10,712 bases of DNA from Deltaproteobacteria bacterium (GTDB taxonomy: Bacteria; Myxococcota_A; UBA9160; SMWR01). The first letter of the stretch is position 1. The number at the start of each line of letters is the position of its first letter. A model generated the notes under the pieces. It did not search any database, had not been told where the DNA came from, and saw nothing but the letters and a program-made list of their open reading frames with translations. The translations under genes were made by a program, and so were the position numbers. Location of the stretch: the NCBI GenBank assembly GCA_032128375.1, contig JAQBGU010000131.1, positions 1 to 10,712 on the forward strand, written 5' to 3'. Below, piece after piece: positions 1-7,500 of this stretch.

Positions 1-121
1 CCCCATCGAGGTCGCCGAGATGAACTGCGGAATGTGCAGCCGGTCCACTGAGCAGAACGACGGCCATGCTGCATCGCGTCGTTACCCAGAAGAGCAACCG
101 GGCCAGAGGGCGGGGACTCAT
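1..121 (-). CDS. 5' part of a putative secreted protein, running off the left edge of the window
   Basis: Not in the ORF track. Manual translation from the ATG at 121 gives MSPRPLARLLFWVTTRCSMAVVLLSGPAAHSAVHLGDLDG with no stop before the edge. It has a basic N-terminus, a hydrophobic stretch and an A-H-S/A cleavage-like site, followed by GDLDG. Same strand as, and 113 nt downstream of, the PEP-CTERM gene. GGAG lies 15 nt upstream. Confidence 0.6.
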   Translation of the reverse strand, partial: MSPRPLARLLFWVTTRCSMAVVLLSGPAAHSAVHLGDLDG

Positions 122-234
122 GTTGCGAATACTTCACTCCAAAACTACACGCGGCCATGGAAGTGAAGTCAGCCCGCTAAATGGGCTGTGCTGTCTCACG
201 TATCCGGATGGCGCCCGGTCAGTTCCACGCTAGC

Positions 235-1134
235 TCATGGTTGTCGGTTTCGACGCAATCGACCATGAGCGGCAAAAGTCAGCAGTGAGAAGGTGAGCAG
301 AGCGCCGGTATTGGGTTCGGGGGCAACCACGGCAGGTTCAAAGATCACCAGATCCCACGCCAAGCCGGCGACCGGCTCGGCGCCAATTCCGCTGGTCCAA
401 TCGTTTCCGAAATAACCGCGAAAATCGGCTGCAGCGATGATCGCTGGCGTAAGCGTCGAAATCAGCAGTGACATGCGTGCCTCGGCTCCGACGCCGCCCA
501 CCGACGCGGCAAGACTTCCACCGGTGACCGTCAAAAATGAGCTTACGGCTGTCGACGTCGCGTCGCCCAACGTGATGGATCCATCGGGATCGATCACCCC
601 AAACGGCGGAAGCGGATCAATTGCCTGCCGGGTCGCGTTGGTGACATCGATGAAGGAGATGTCGAACGCAAGCAGGATTTCGGCAATCGCGTTCGGCGAC
701 CCCGACACCGGTCGGTAGATAATCATGTCGGCGGCGGACGGTCCCCCAAGGAACTGCGCCTTCTTGATGTTGCCATTTGCGCCAGTCGACGTGGGTACGA
801 ACGCGCTGACTCCGTCACCCGTGCCCGTGGCACCCTGGGTCGGCCCCAGCAGAATATTGAAAGTGACCTGGGCCAAGCCGCCCGATCCATCGACATTCGT
901 CAAATTCGAGCCAGGGATGTCATCGCTCGAAACGAACCCCGGCAGATCGGGGTCGGCGCCGACAGCGGCATTCGCAAAGCTGAAGACACCGTTCGTCCCA
1001 TCCCAGTTGTAGTCGGACACCGAGTCGGCTCCGCCGATGTGGTACTCCACCGCGCCGGACGTCCCCGCACCGATAACGAGAGCGCCAACCACCACCAATA
1101 CCAGTACCCAGACCCGCGATACCTGCATCTGCAT
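235..1134 (-). CDS. PEP-CTERM sorting domain-containing secreted protein
   Basis: Signal peptide (MQMQVSRVWVLVLVVVGALVIGAGTSGA), a Gly/Ser/Thr/Asp-rich body, and a C-terminal APEPNTGALLTFSLLTFAAHGRLRRNRQP (PEP motif, hydrophobic helix, basic tail). Start is uncertain: ATG 1134 or 1128, GTG 1140, or TTG 1158 after GAGGGAAG. Confidence 0.88.
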   Translation of the reverse strand: MQMQVSRVWVLVLVVVGALVIGAGTSGAVEYHIGGADSVSDYNWDGTNGVFSFANAAVGADPDLPGFVSSDDIPGSNLTNVDGSGGLAQVTFNILLGPTQGATGTGDGVSAFVPTSTGANGNIKKAQFLGGPSAADMIIYRPVSGSPNAIAEILLAFDISFIDVTNATRQAIDPLPPFGVIDPDGSITLGDATSTAVSSFLTVTGGSLAASVGGVGAEARMSLLISTLTPAIIAAADFRGYFGNDWTSGIGAEPVAGLAWDLVIFEPAVVAPEPNTGALLTFSLLTFAAHGRLRRNRQP

Positions 1135-1223
1135 TTTCACGGTTCGTCCGATTGCCAACGACTTCCCTCGATACACAACTCGGGCAACTCGACCCTGCCC
1201 GGGCGTATTTTCGTCTTGCGGAT

Positions 1224-2021
1224 CTAGCGCCGCGCTCGTCGCGCGAAACCCAAGATTCCGATGAGTCCGCCACCGACCAAGAGCGCAGTCGAGGGCTCCG
1301 GCACGAACGGTGCCGATTCGAGTGGAGTCAGCAGCCCACTGAGGCTGGCTGTGAAGGGGCCGTTGAATACCTGAAAGTCAGCGGCTAACACGTTCAACGG
1401 CGCGTTGAAGTCGAACACCGTGGCAGTTTGCAAGAGCACGCCGGTGCCGACACCGCCGAGCGCCGCGACCAGGGCTGCGTCGCCCCCGCCAATTCCGAGC
1501 TGGCCCACGCTGGTGATGACCGTTGCCGAGTTCCCGGTGATGTCGATGTTGCCGCTGAAGATGACTGAAGTGATAAAGTTGCCGAACAGGACATCGATGC
1601 CACCCTGTGTGATCGTGAAATCCGGACCGCCCAACGAGCCGGCGGTCGACTGCATGACCGTGGTGAAATTGATCGTATTCACGCCGAGAACCAGACTTTC
1701 GGAAACAAAGTCGAGATTGAAATTGAATTCGACGTTGGTCTGCCCGAGGGCACCGCCGCCAATCAACTCCACCGAGTTGATCCGGCCCTCACCCGTGAAG
1801 ATGTTGTTCAAAATGTTGTAGCTGCCGCTATCTCCGGGGACCGAGCGCAAGGCATCCCATTCCAGAAACGCGACCTCGTCGCCGGGGTTCAAGCCAAGAG
1901 CACCCGATTGTGCGGGTGCAGCGAACGCTAGGGCGAGTGCCGAAACCGCGAACGCGGTCACAGCTCTCTTCGCGATCGCCCGCATAGCCATAGCCCGCTG
2001 CTGCCGATACAAAGCCAACAT
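1224..2021 (-). CDS. PEP-CTERM sorting domain-containing secreted protein
   Basis: ATG at 2021 is preceded by GGGAGAAGGGA. Signal peptide ends ...ALALAFAAPAQSGA. Canonical C-terminus VPEPSTALLVGGGLIGILGFARRARR. Confidence 0.92.
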   Translation of the reverse strand: MLALYRQQRAMAMRAIAKRAVTAFAVSALALAFAAPAQSGALGLNPGDEVAFLEWDALRSVPGDSGSYNILNNIFTGEGRINSVELIGGGALGQTNVEFNFNLDFVSESLVLGVNTINFTTVMQSTAGSLGGPDFTITQGGIDVLFGNFITSVIFSGNIDITGNSATVITSVGQLGIGGGDAALVAALGGVGTGVLLQTATVFDFNAPLNVLAADFQVFNGPFTASLSGLLTPLESAPFVPEPSTALLVGGGLIGILGFARRARR

Positions 2022-2211
2022 TCCCTTCTCCCGTCCCAGACCTGATTCCGCCCTGACTCGCTGCCTTCCCATGTCCGGCCACCTTCCCAATGGCCCGACG
2101 GCAGCTACGCCGACTCCGAATCAATCTCGCTCAGTTTTTGTGTTGAAGGGGTCGACGCGGACGTGCCGCGCCAACTGTCCATTTTGGCATCCCTTCCCAC
2201 TCTATTGTAAG

Positions 2212-2228
2212 TGCAATTCGTGTGCCGA
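2212..2228 (-). promoter_or_regulatory. Sigma-54 (RpoN) -24/-12 promoter for the PEP-CTERM genes
   Basis: The minus strand reads TCGGCACACGAATTGCA: GG-N10-GC with GGCAC and TTGCA cores, matching TGGCAC-N5-TTGCA at all but the first base. It points toward the PEP-CTERM genes and sits in an AT-richer intergenic region. Confidence 0.8.
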
Positions 2229-2265
2229 ATTACCATCTCCGAATCGCACCGAAAAGTCTATTCTT

Positions 2266-2278
2266 TTTCAGGGTATTA
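2266..2278 (+). promoter_or_regulatory. Candidate IHF binding site
   Basis: TTTCAGGGTATTA matches WATCARNNNNTTR with one mismatch and has an A/T-rich 5' flank (AAAAGTCTATTCTT). It lies about 40-50 bp upstream of the -24 box, the usual position at sigma-54 promoters. Confidence 0.5.
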
Positions 2279-2402
2279 GCGAATTTTCTACCGCTCGATG
2301 AAGAGCTTGTGTGTTTCGGTGGGAAACCCGATTCCGCTTTCATGGAAAACTGTTTCCCGGGATCCCCTCGGGGCACTGAATAGAGGTGATAGCGTCGATC
2401 AC

Positions 2403-3752
2403 ATGGATATCTCCCGCGACGTCGTTTGCAGCACGATCCCGGGCATCATGCTGGCGTCGATCGGGGCCTTGCTGTCGGTCGCGGCCGTGGCAGCGACCGA
2501 AACGGGCGCATTGCAGAGGGTGGTGCTGATCACAGTCGATTCGCTGCGCGCCGATCACGTGGGAGTCTATGGGGGGCCGATCCCCACACCCGCTTTCGAC
2601 GCGTTGGCGGCGGAAGGAGTCGTCTTGGACGACGCGGCTACGCCGACCCCGACGACCGGACCAGCCATCGCATCCTTGATGACTGGCGCCCATCCGTGGC
2701 GCCACGGAACGCTGGGAAATGGGGTAGTTCTCGACCCACGAATCCCGAAACTGGCGGAGCGGTTTGCCGACGCCGGTTTCGATACCGCCGCATTCGTATC
2801 GAGTTACCTCCTACACCGCCGCTTTGGGTTCCATTCGGGCTTCGATACCTATGCGTTCGAGCCGACCGAGAGCTACACCTGGCAGGGCAGCCATCAGAAA
2901 TTCTGGTCGCGCGGCGAGCTGGCAGTCGCATCCGCGATGCGCTGGATTACCGCCCACGAAAAGAAACCGTTCTTCGTATGGGTCCACCTGTTCGACCCGC
3001 ACGCGCCGTATCGTCCGCCGGTTGGGTACGCGATTTCACCCAACCGTCGCATGGATATGGACGGCAAGGAGCTTCCACGGGGGATCCGAAATCGCGCCGA
3101 ACTCGAACGGCTGAATCGCGCCTATCTGGGCGAGGTAGCGTACGCGGATGCCCAGGTCGCCAAGCTCGTCGGGCGATTGCGGTTGCTCGGTCTGCTGGAG
3201 CCTACAGCGGTCGTCGTAACATCGGATCACGGCGAGGGGCTCGGAGACCACCAACTACTCGCGCACGGTCGGAATCTCTATCAGGAGCTGGTGCGGGTGC
3301 CAGTGATCATTCGCGCGCCTGGCGTACCGCCTGGCAGGCGGCTGGCCGGTCCTGCGCAGCTCGAGGATCTGGCGCCAACGATCCTGGCACTGGGAGGCGT
3401 GACGGATCGATCTGTCAGCGACGGGCATGATCTGCTTCCATGGTTGCGCGGCGAGTCCCACCAATCCCCTCGCGAGTGGATTATCGGTCAACGCAGATCC
3501 GTTGGACCGCTTGGCGCCGAGTACTTCGCACGCCGAGGGCCCTACAAGTGGATCGGTGGTCTGGACAAACCCGGCGAGGTCTTCTCGCTCGACTCCGATC
3601 CCGCTGAACGCGCCGGGAGACCCGGAACTGGGCCGCCCGAAGCGTTGCAGCAATCCGTCAGGGACGCCCGCGAAGCGGCCTCGGGCCGCGTCCCCGAAAC
3701 GGATCCGGAAGTGCGACGCGGGATCGGCTACGCCGACGACCGAGCAAACTGA
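2403..3752 (+). CDS. Sulfatase-like hydrolase/transferase (alkaline phosphatase superfamily), Thr-type, probably exported
   Basis: Motifs VVLITVDSLRADH, TTGPAIASLMTG-x-HPWRHG, KPFFVWVHLFDPHAPY, AYLGEVAYAD, VTSDHGE, HGRNLYQELVRVP and DLAPTIL. Hydrophobic N-terminal segment. Start is uncertain (ATG 2403 or 2448); the 2298 start would overlap the regulatory region. Confidence 0.88.
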   Translation: MDISRDVVCSTIPGIMLASIGALLSVAAVAATETGALQRVVLITVDSLRADHVGVYGGPIPTPAFDALAAEGVVLDDAATPTPTTGPAIASLMTGAHPWRHGTLGNGVVLDPRIPKLAERFADAGFDTAAFVSSYLLHRRFGFHSGFDTYAFEPTESYTWQGSHQKFWSRGELAVASAMRWITAHEKKPFFVWVHLFDPHAPYRPPVGYAISPNRRMDMDGKELPRGIRNRAELERLNRAYLGEVAYADAQVAKLVGRLRLLGLLEPTAVVVTSDHGEGLGDHQLLAHGRNLYQELVRVPVIIRAPGVPPGRRLAGPAQLEDLAPTILALGGVTDRSVSDGHDLLPWLRGESHQSPREWIIGQRRSVGPLGAEYFARRGPYKWIGGLDKPGEVFSLDSDPAERAGRPGTGPPEALQQSVRDAREAASGRVPETDPEVRRGIGYADDRAN

Positions 3753-3753
3753 A

Positions 3754-5037
3754 TTACTCGAGATATCCCAGTTCGCTCAACGCCTTACGTGTTTGTGCGT
3801 CGATTTCATCTGGCACAGTAGACGCCGCAGCTGCAGGCAAACCGCGACGCGCGCTTTCGACCAGCGCGCCGCTCGTCGCCTCGGATTCCGGCGCCACCTT
3901 TGCGTCCTCTCCGACGATCGTGAACACTGAACCGTCGCTCGCACCCGAAGCGTGTTGCCTGACCGTTTCGGGCACACGCGAGGAAAACCGACGCCGTTCG
4001 AATCGCACCACACGCGGCTGGTGGCTTTCGCGCCGAAGATCCAGCAGGCCATCGATCCGATCCGCCGAGAGGTCCGCCGCCGCGAGAATCGTGCCGTAGA
4101 TGTCTCGGATCGACGCGGTTGTGGAGGAGCGTCCCTGCTCGACACCGGGCCCCGCGAGGATGAGCGGGATTTCGACGGTTTCGGGGTCGAGGTATTTTCC
4201 GTGGTCGTACGCAAACCCCCGGTCGTCGAGGTGCTCGGCGAGCGATTCACCGTGATCTGCCGTGACGATCCAGAGTGGTTCGGTCTGGAGCCTGCTGCGA
4301 ATGCCATCGACCAGCAGACCGAGCGCCAGATCTGCTGACTGCACACCAGCGGCATACAGCGCCTCGCGATCGCGCCGAGCCGCCGGGTTCGCGTAGTTTG
4401 CCGCGTCGACGAACCCGTGCAGGGCCGGGTCGACCGGGAAGCTCGCGCGCTTTTCGTCCGGGGTGCCGTACGGCGCGTGCGGGTCGTACAGGTGAACCCA
4501 TAAGAAAATCGGGCGGCGCGCTTCGACATCGAGCCATGCCAGCGCGGATGCGACGACATCAACGCCGTGCCGCAGTCTTCCTCGCGGCGAGTCGTGAACC
4601 TCGAATCCGTGCAGACCGGTGGCGCGGGCGCTGGTCAACTGACTCGCGACCACCGCCGCGGTCGCGTAGCCGGCGCGCCGCAGAAGTGTGCCGAGTTCGC
4701 GCGGATGAAACTCCGAAGCGAGTCGCACGCCATTGCTGAGCACGCCGTGCTCGGACGGGTACAGGCCCGTGAACAGCGACACATGAGCGGGAGCTGTGGT
4801 GGGCATCGAGGTATAAGCGCTGCTGTGTACGAGCCCTTGGAGTGCGATCTGGTCGAGATTCGGTGTGAGTCCGTCAAGGCTGCCGTAGCTGCCGATGTGA
4901 TCGCGACGCAGTGTATCGATTGTCACCAAAACGATGTTGGGCCCAGGCTCGGAACAGCCGAACAGTGAAAGCGCCAACGTCAGCATCACAGCGACGACCG
5001 GAAGCCTCCTTCGGTTTCGATTTTGCATTGCCGGCAT
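3754..5037 (-). CDS. Sulfatase-like hydrolase/transferase, Thr-type, predicted lipoprotein
   Basis: Arg-rich n-region, hydrophobic stretch and LFG|C lipobox-like site (Cys at 4954-4956). Motifs PNIVLVTIDTLRRDH, TTAPAHVSLFTGLYPSEHG, WVHLYDPHAPY, TADHGE, and C-terminal RKALSELGYLE. Alternative start at 5028. Confidence 0.9.
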   Translation of the reverse strand: MPAMQNRNRRRLPVVAVMLTLALSLFGCSEPGPNIVLVTIDTLRRDHIGSYGSLDGLTPNLDQIALQGLVHSSAYTSMPTTAPAHVSLFTGLYPSEHGVLSNGVRLASEFHPRELGTLLRRAGYATAAVVASQLTSARATGLHGFEVHDSPRGRLRHGVDVVASALAWLDVEARRPIFLWVHLYDPHAPYGTPDEKRASFPVDPALHGFVDAANYANPAARRDREALYAAGVQSADLALGLLVDGIRSRLQTEPLWIVTADHGESLAEHLDDRGFAYDHGKYLDPETVEIPLILAGPGVEQGRSSTTASIRDIYGTILAAADLSADRIDGLLDLRRESHQPRVVRFERRRFSSRVPETVRQHASGASDGSVFTIVGEDAKVAPESEATSGALVESARRGLPAAAASTVPDEIDAQTRKALSELGYLE

Positions 5038-5043
5038 CGGGGC

Positions 5044-6528
5044 TCAGTCGCCGTAGCCGAGTGCGCGCAGGCGATCGCGCTGCGCCGGGTCTGTCGCATC
5101 GTGAGTGGCCCCCGGGCCGCGTTGTTCTGCCCGGTCGATGAACCCGGCCAACAAATCTTCCAATGACGAAGTCTGAGCAGTGCCGACTGCCGCGATCCCC
5201 AGTCGATAGGTTGGCGCCTTGCCATCGCCAATCAGGTCGGCCGTTCGAGCGGGCAGGCTTGGCAGCGTGCCCCTCGATATCTGGTCTGGAACGCCCGGTA
5301 CGATGGCCTCGCGGTCCCGCGCGTAGTAGGTGCGGTCTACGATCACGGCGGCTCGCCGGTTGTGTTCGGAGTAAATCGGGCGATGCTGTGGGCCCGGCGG
5401 CTTTGTCGGATCCGCACTCGAGGTCGTCGGCAATACGACGCCGCGGAATGAACTGGGCTGATCGAAGCCTGCGATACGCATCAGTGTCGGTGCTATGTCG
5501 ACCGCGCTGACCGGAAATTCCCAGGCACGGGGTGGCTGCGGTGCCGGGGGGCGCCAAAGCAGCGGGATGCGAATCTGGTCGAGTCCGACGGATTGGCCGT
5601 GTGCAAAATAGTAGCCGTCCTCGCCGAAGGCTTCGCCGTGGTCGGATGTGAGCAAGACCGCCGGAGGGCGGCCCAGCTCGTCGAGCCGATCGACCAGGCG
5701 CCCGACATGTGGATCGAGATACTGTATCTCATCGGTGTAGCGGTCCGAATAGCTTTGGAAATCGATCACCCGTGGCAGTTTCTGATACGACGGAATCCCG
5801 CCTAGTCCGGAGTCGTCATCCAGAGTTGGTAACAAAATGGTGTCTGGGGCGGCCGAGCGAGGCGAGGCGGGCTGCGGCGGTTCGTACGGCCCGTGCGGAT
5901 CCTGGAAGTGGACCCACAGGAACCATGGCTGCTCGGCGCCCACTTCCGCCCACGCGATCGCCGCATCGGTTGTCGCCATGGCTTCGCGCTCTTCGAAACC
6001 CTTGCGGTTGCGCTCTCGACGCGTCATCCGTTGGTCGTAGACGTCGAAGCCTTGCTGGAGGTGCCGGCTCCGATCCAGGACCGGGTTCGATACGAACGCG
6101 GCAGTCGTGTAGCCGCCGTCCCGCAAGACCTCTGCCACGGTGGTCGCCTCATCGACCAGGTAGCTGATGGCTGACTCCCGAACACCATGTTCGAAGGGGT
6201 ACTGTGACGTGAGCACCGAGGCGATCGACGGTGCGGTGTAGGGAGCGGTCGAAAACGCCCACACAAAGCGGGTGCCGGCATCGGCGAGTCGGCAGATCGC
6301 GTCGCCTACGCCGGTTTCGCCGCCGTAGCAGGACAGCCGGTCGGCCCGCAGCGTATCGATTGTGATCAGCAGTAGATTGGGCGGTACTGCCTCGGGTGCG
6401 GGGACGCACGCTGAGCCGGCCAAAAGGGCGGCACAGGCAAGCATCGCGATCGGTTTTGCGCTCGCCCGTGAAAGCGGCTCCGCCGACCTGGTGGGCAGGG
6501 GCAAGCGATGCCGGGTCGAAGCTGCCAT
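5044..6528 (-). CDS. Sulfatase-like hydrolase/transferase, Thr-type, exported or possible lipoprotein
   Basis: Motifs PPNLLLITIDTLRADRL, YTAPSIASVLTSQYPFEHG, PWFLWVHFQDPHGPY, LTSDHGEAFGE, VDIAPTL, and C-terminal RDRLRALGYGD. Hydrophobic LACAALLAGSA|C segment. Start is uncertain (ATG 6567, 6528 or 6444); 6642 would overlap the divergent VOC gene. The 6-nt gap to the next gene suggests an operon. Confidence 0.88.
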   Translation of the reverse strand: MAASTRHRLPLPTRSAEPLSRASAKPIAMLACAALLAGSACVPAPEAVPPNLLLITIDTLRADRLSCYGGETGVGDAICRLADAGTRFVWAFSTAPYTAPSIASVLTSQYPFEHGVRESAISYLVDEATTVAEVLRDGGYTTAAFVSNPVLDRSRHLQQGFDVYDQRMTRRERNRKGFEEREAMATTDAAIAWAEVGAEQPWFLWVHFQDPHGPYEPPQPASPRSAAPDTILLPTLDDDSGLGGIPSYQKLPRVIDFQSYSDRYTDEIQYLDPHVGRLVDRLDELGRPPAVLLTSDHGEAFGEDGYYFAHGQSVGLDQIRIPLLWRPPAPQPPRAWEFPVSAVDIAPTLMRIAGFDQPSSFRGVVLPTTSSADPTKPPGPQHRPIYSEHNRRAAVIVDRTYYARDREAIVPGVPDQISRGTLPSLPARTADLIGDGKAPTYRLGIAAVGTAQTSSLEDLLAGFIDRAEQRGPGATHDATDPAQRDRLRALGYGD

Positions 6529-6621
6529 TCGTCGCTGTATAGCGTTGTCTGGCGCAGCTTGCGCCATGCGAGGCGCGAGACTGGCGTGTTTGCCGAGCGA
6601 CAGGTGTGCGATGCTGGTTGC

Positions 6622-7476
6622 ATGCTCCAAAGCTTCGATCATGTCGTCATTGCCGTGCGCGATCTAGAGGACGCGACCCAGCGCTACACTGCACTGCTGG
6701 GGCTGACGCCGTCGTGGCGCGGCTCTCACCCAGACGCCGAAACCGCGAATACGCTGTTTCGGTTGGCAAACTGTTATTTGGAGTTGCTCACTCCGACGGG
6801 TAGCCAGGGCCCGGTAGCGGCCGCGCTCGATCGTTCGGGCGAGGGGGTTCTCGCCGCCAGTTTCGCAACCGACGATGCGGACGCGTTCGCTTCGGAAGCG
6901 CGTGAGCGCGGTCTCGATGCGGCCGATCCCTCAGATGGCGAAGGCCGCTCGGACGATTCCGACACGGTGCGGAACTGGCGCACGGTGATGCTGCACCCGA
7001 AGTCGACGCGCGGGCTAACGCTATTCGCGATCGAACACCAGTCGCCCGGCGACGCTCTGCCGGTCGCGGCGCCGACGAGTTCGCCGGAAAGTTGCGTAAG
7101 GGCGCTCGACCACGTCGTGGTATCGACCCGCGACATCGAGTCGACGGCTGCGATCTACCGAGATGGCCTCGGGTTGCGACTTGCGCTCGATCGCTCGTTC
7201 GAGTCTCGGGGCCTCCGGATGATGTTCTTTCGGATCGGGGGTGTGACGGTCGAGGTCGTTTCCTCGCTCGACAATCCGGAAGGCCCGGCGTTGCGAGATC
7301 GTTTCGGTGGCCTTGCCTTCCAGGTACCCGACGCGGCTGCGGCGCAGCGCAGGCTCGTTTCCGCCGGCTTCGATGTTTCCGAAGTTCGCCCAGGCCACAA
7401 GCCCGGGACCCGGGTATTCACGGTTCACGATGGGACTTGTGGGGTGCCGACGCTGGTCATCGAACCTACCGGCTGA
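6622..7476 (+). CDS. Two-domain VOC (glyoxalase / methylmalonyl-CoA epimerase-like) family protein
   Basis: Begins MLQSFDHVVIAVRDLEDATQRYTALLG and contains YLELLTP and GEGV. A second repeat has LDHVVVSTRDIESTAAIYRDGLG, VEVV, GGLAFQVPD and LVIEP. ATG 6622 gives a typical VOC N-terminus. Confidence 0.88.
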   Translation: MLQSFDHVVIAVRDLEDATQRYTALLGLTPSWRGSHPDAETANTLFRLANCYLELLTPTGSQGPVAAALDRSGEGVLAASFATDDADAFASEARERGLDAADPSDGEGRSDDSDTVRNWRTVMLHPKSTRGLTLFAIEHQSPGDALPVAAPTSSPESCVRALDHVVVSTRDIESTAAIYRDGLGLRLALDRSFESRGLRMMFFRIGGVTVEVVSSLDNPEGPALRDRFGGLAFQVPDAAAAQRRLVSAGFDVSEVRPGHKPGTRVFTVHDGTCGVPTLVIEPTG

Positions 7477-7500
7477 ACTCGCGGCGCGTTACCTTTGGGC

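Noticed and set aside
2184..2200. Plus-strand TTGGCAT as a second sigma-54 promoter for the sulfatase-like gene
   Set aside because: There is no GC at the required 10-nt spacing after the GG.
2426..3430. 334-aa alternative-frame ORF, and similar ones at 3777..4562, 4874..5557 and 7092..7649
   Set aside because: They overlap well-supported genes and have Arg/Gly/Pro-rich off-frame composition.
6508..6642. Overlapping divergent starts for the VOC gene (6508) and sulfatase-like gene (6642)
   Set aside because: The extensions have no family features. Downstream ATGs give typical N-termini and remove the overlap.
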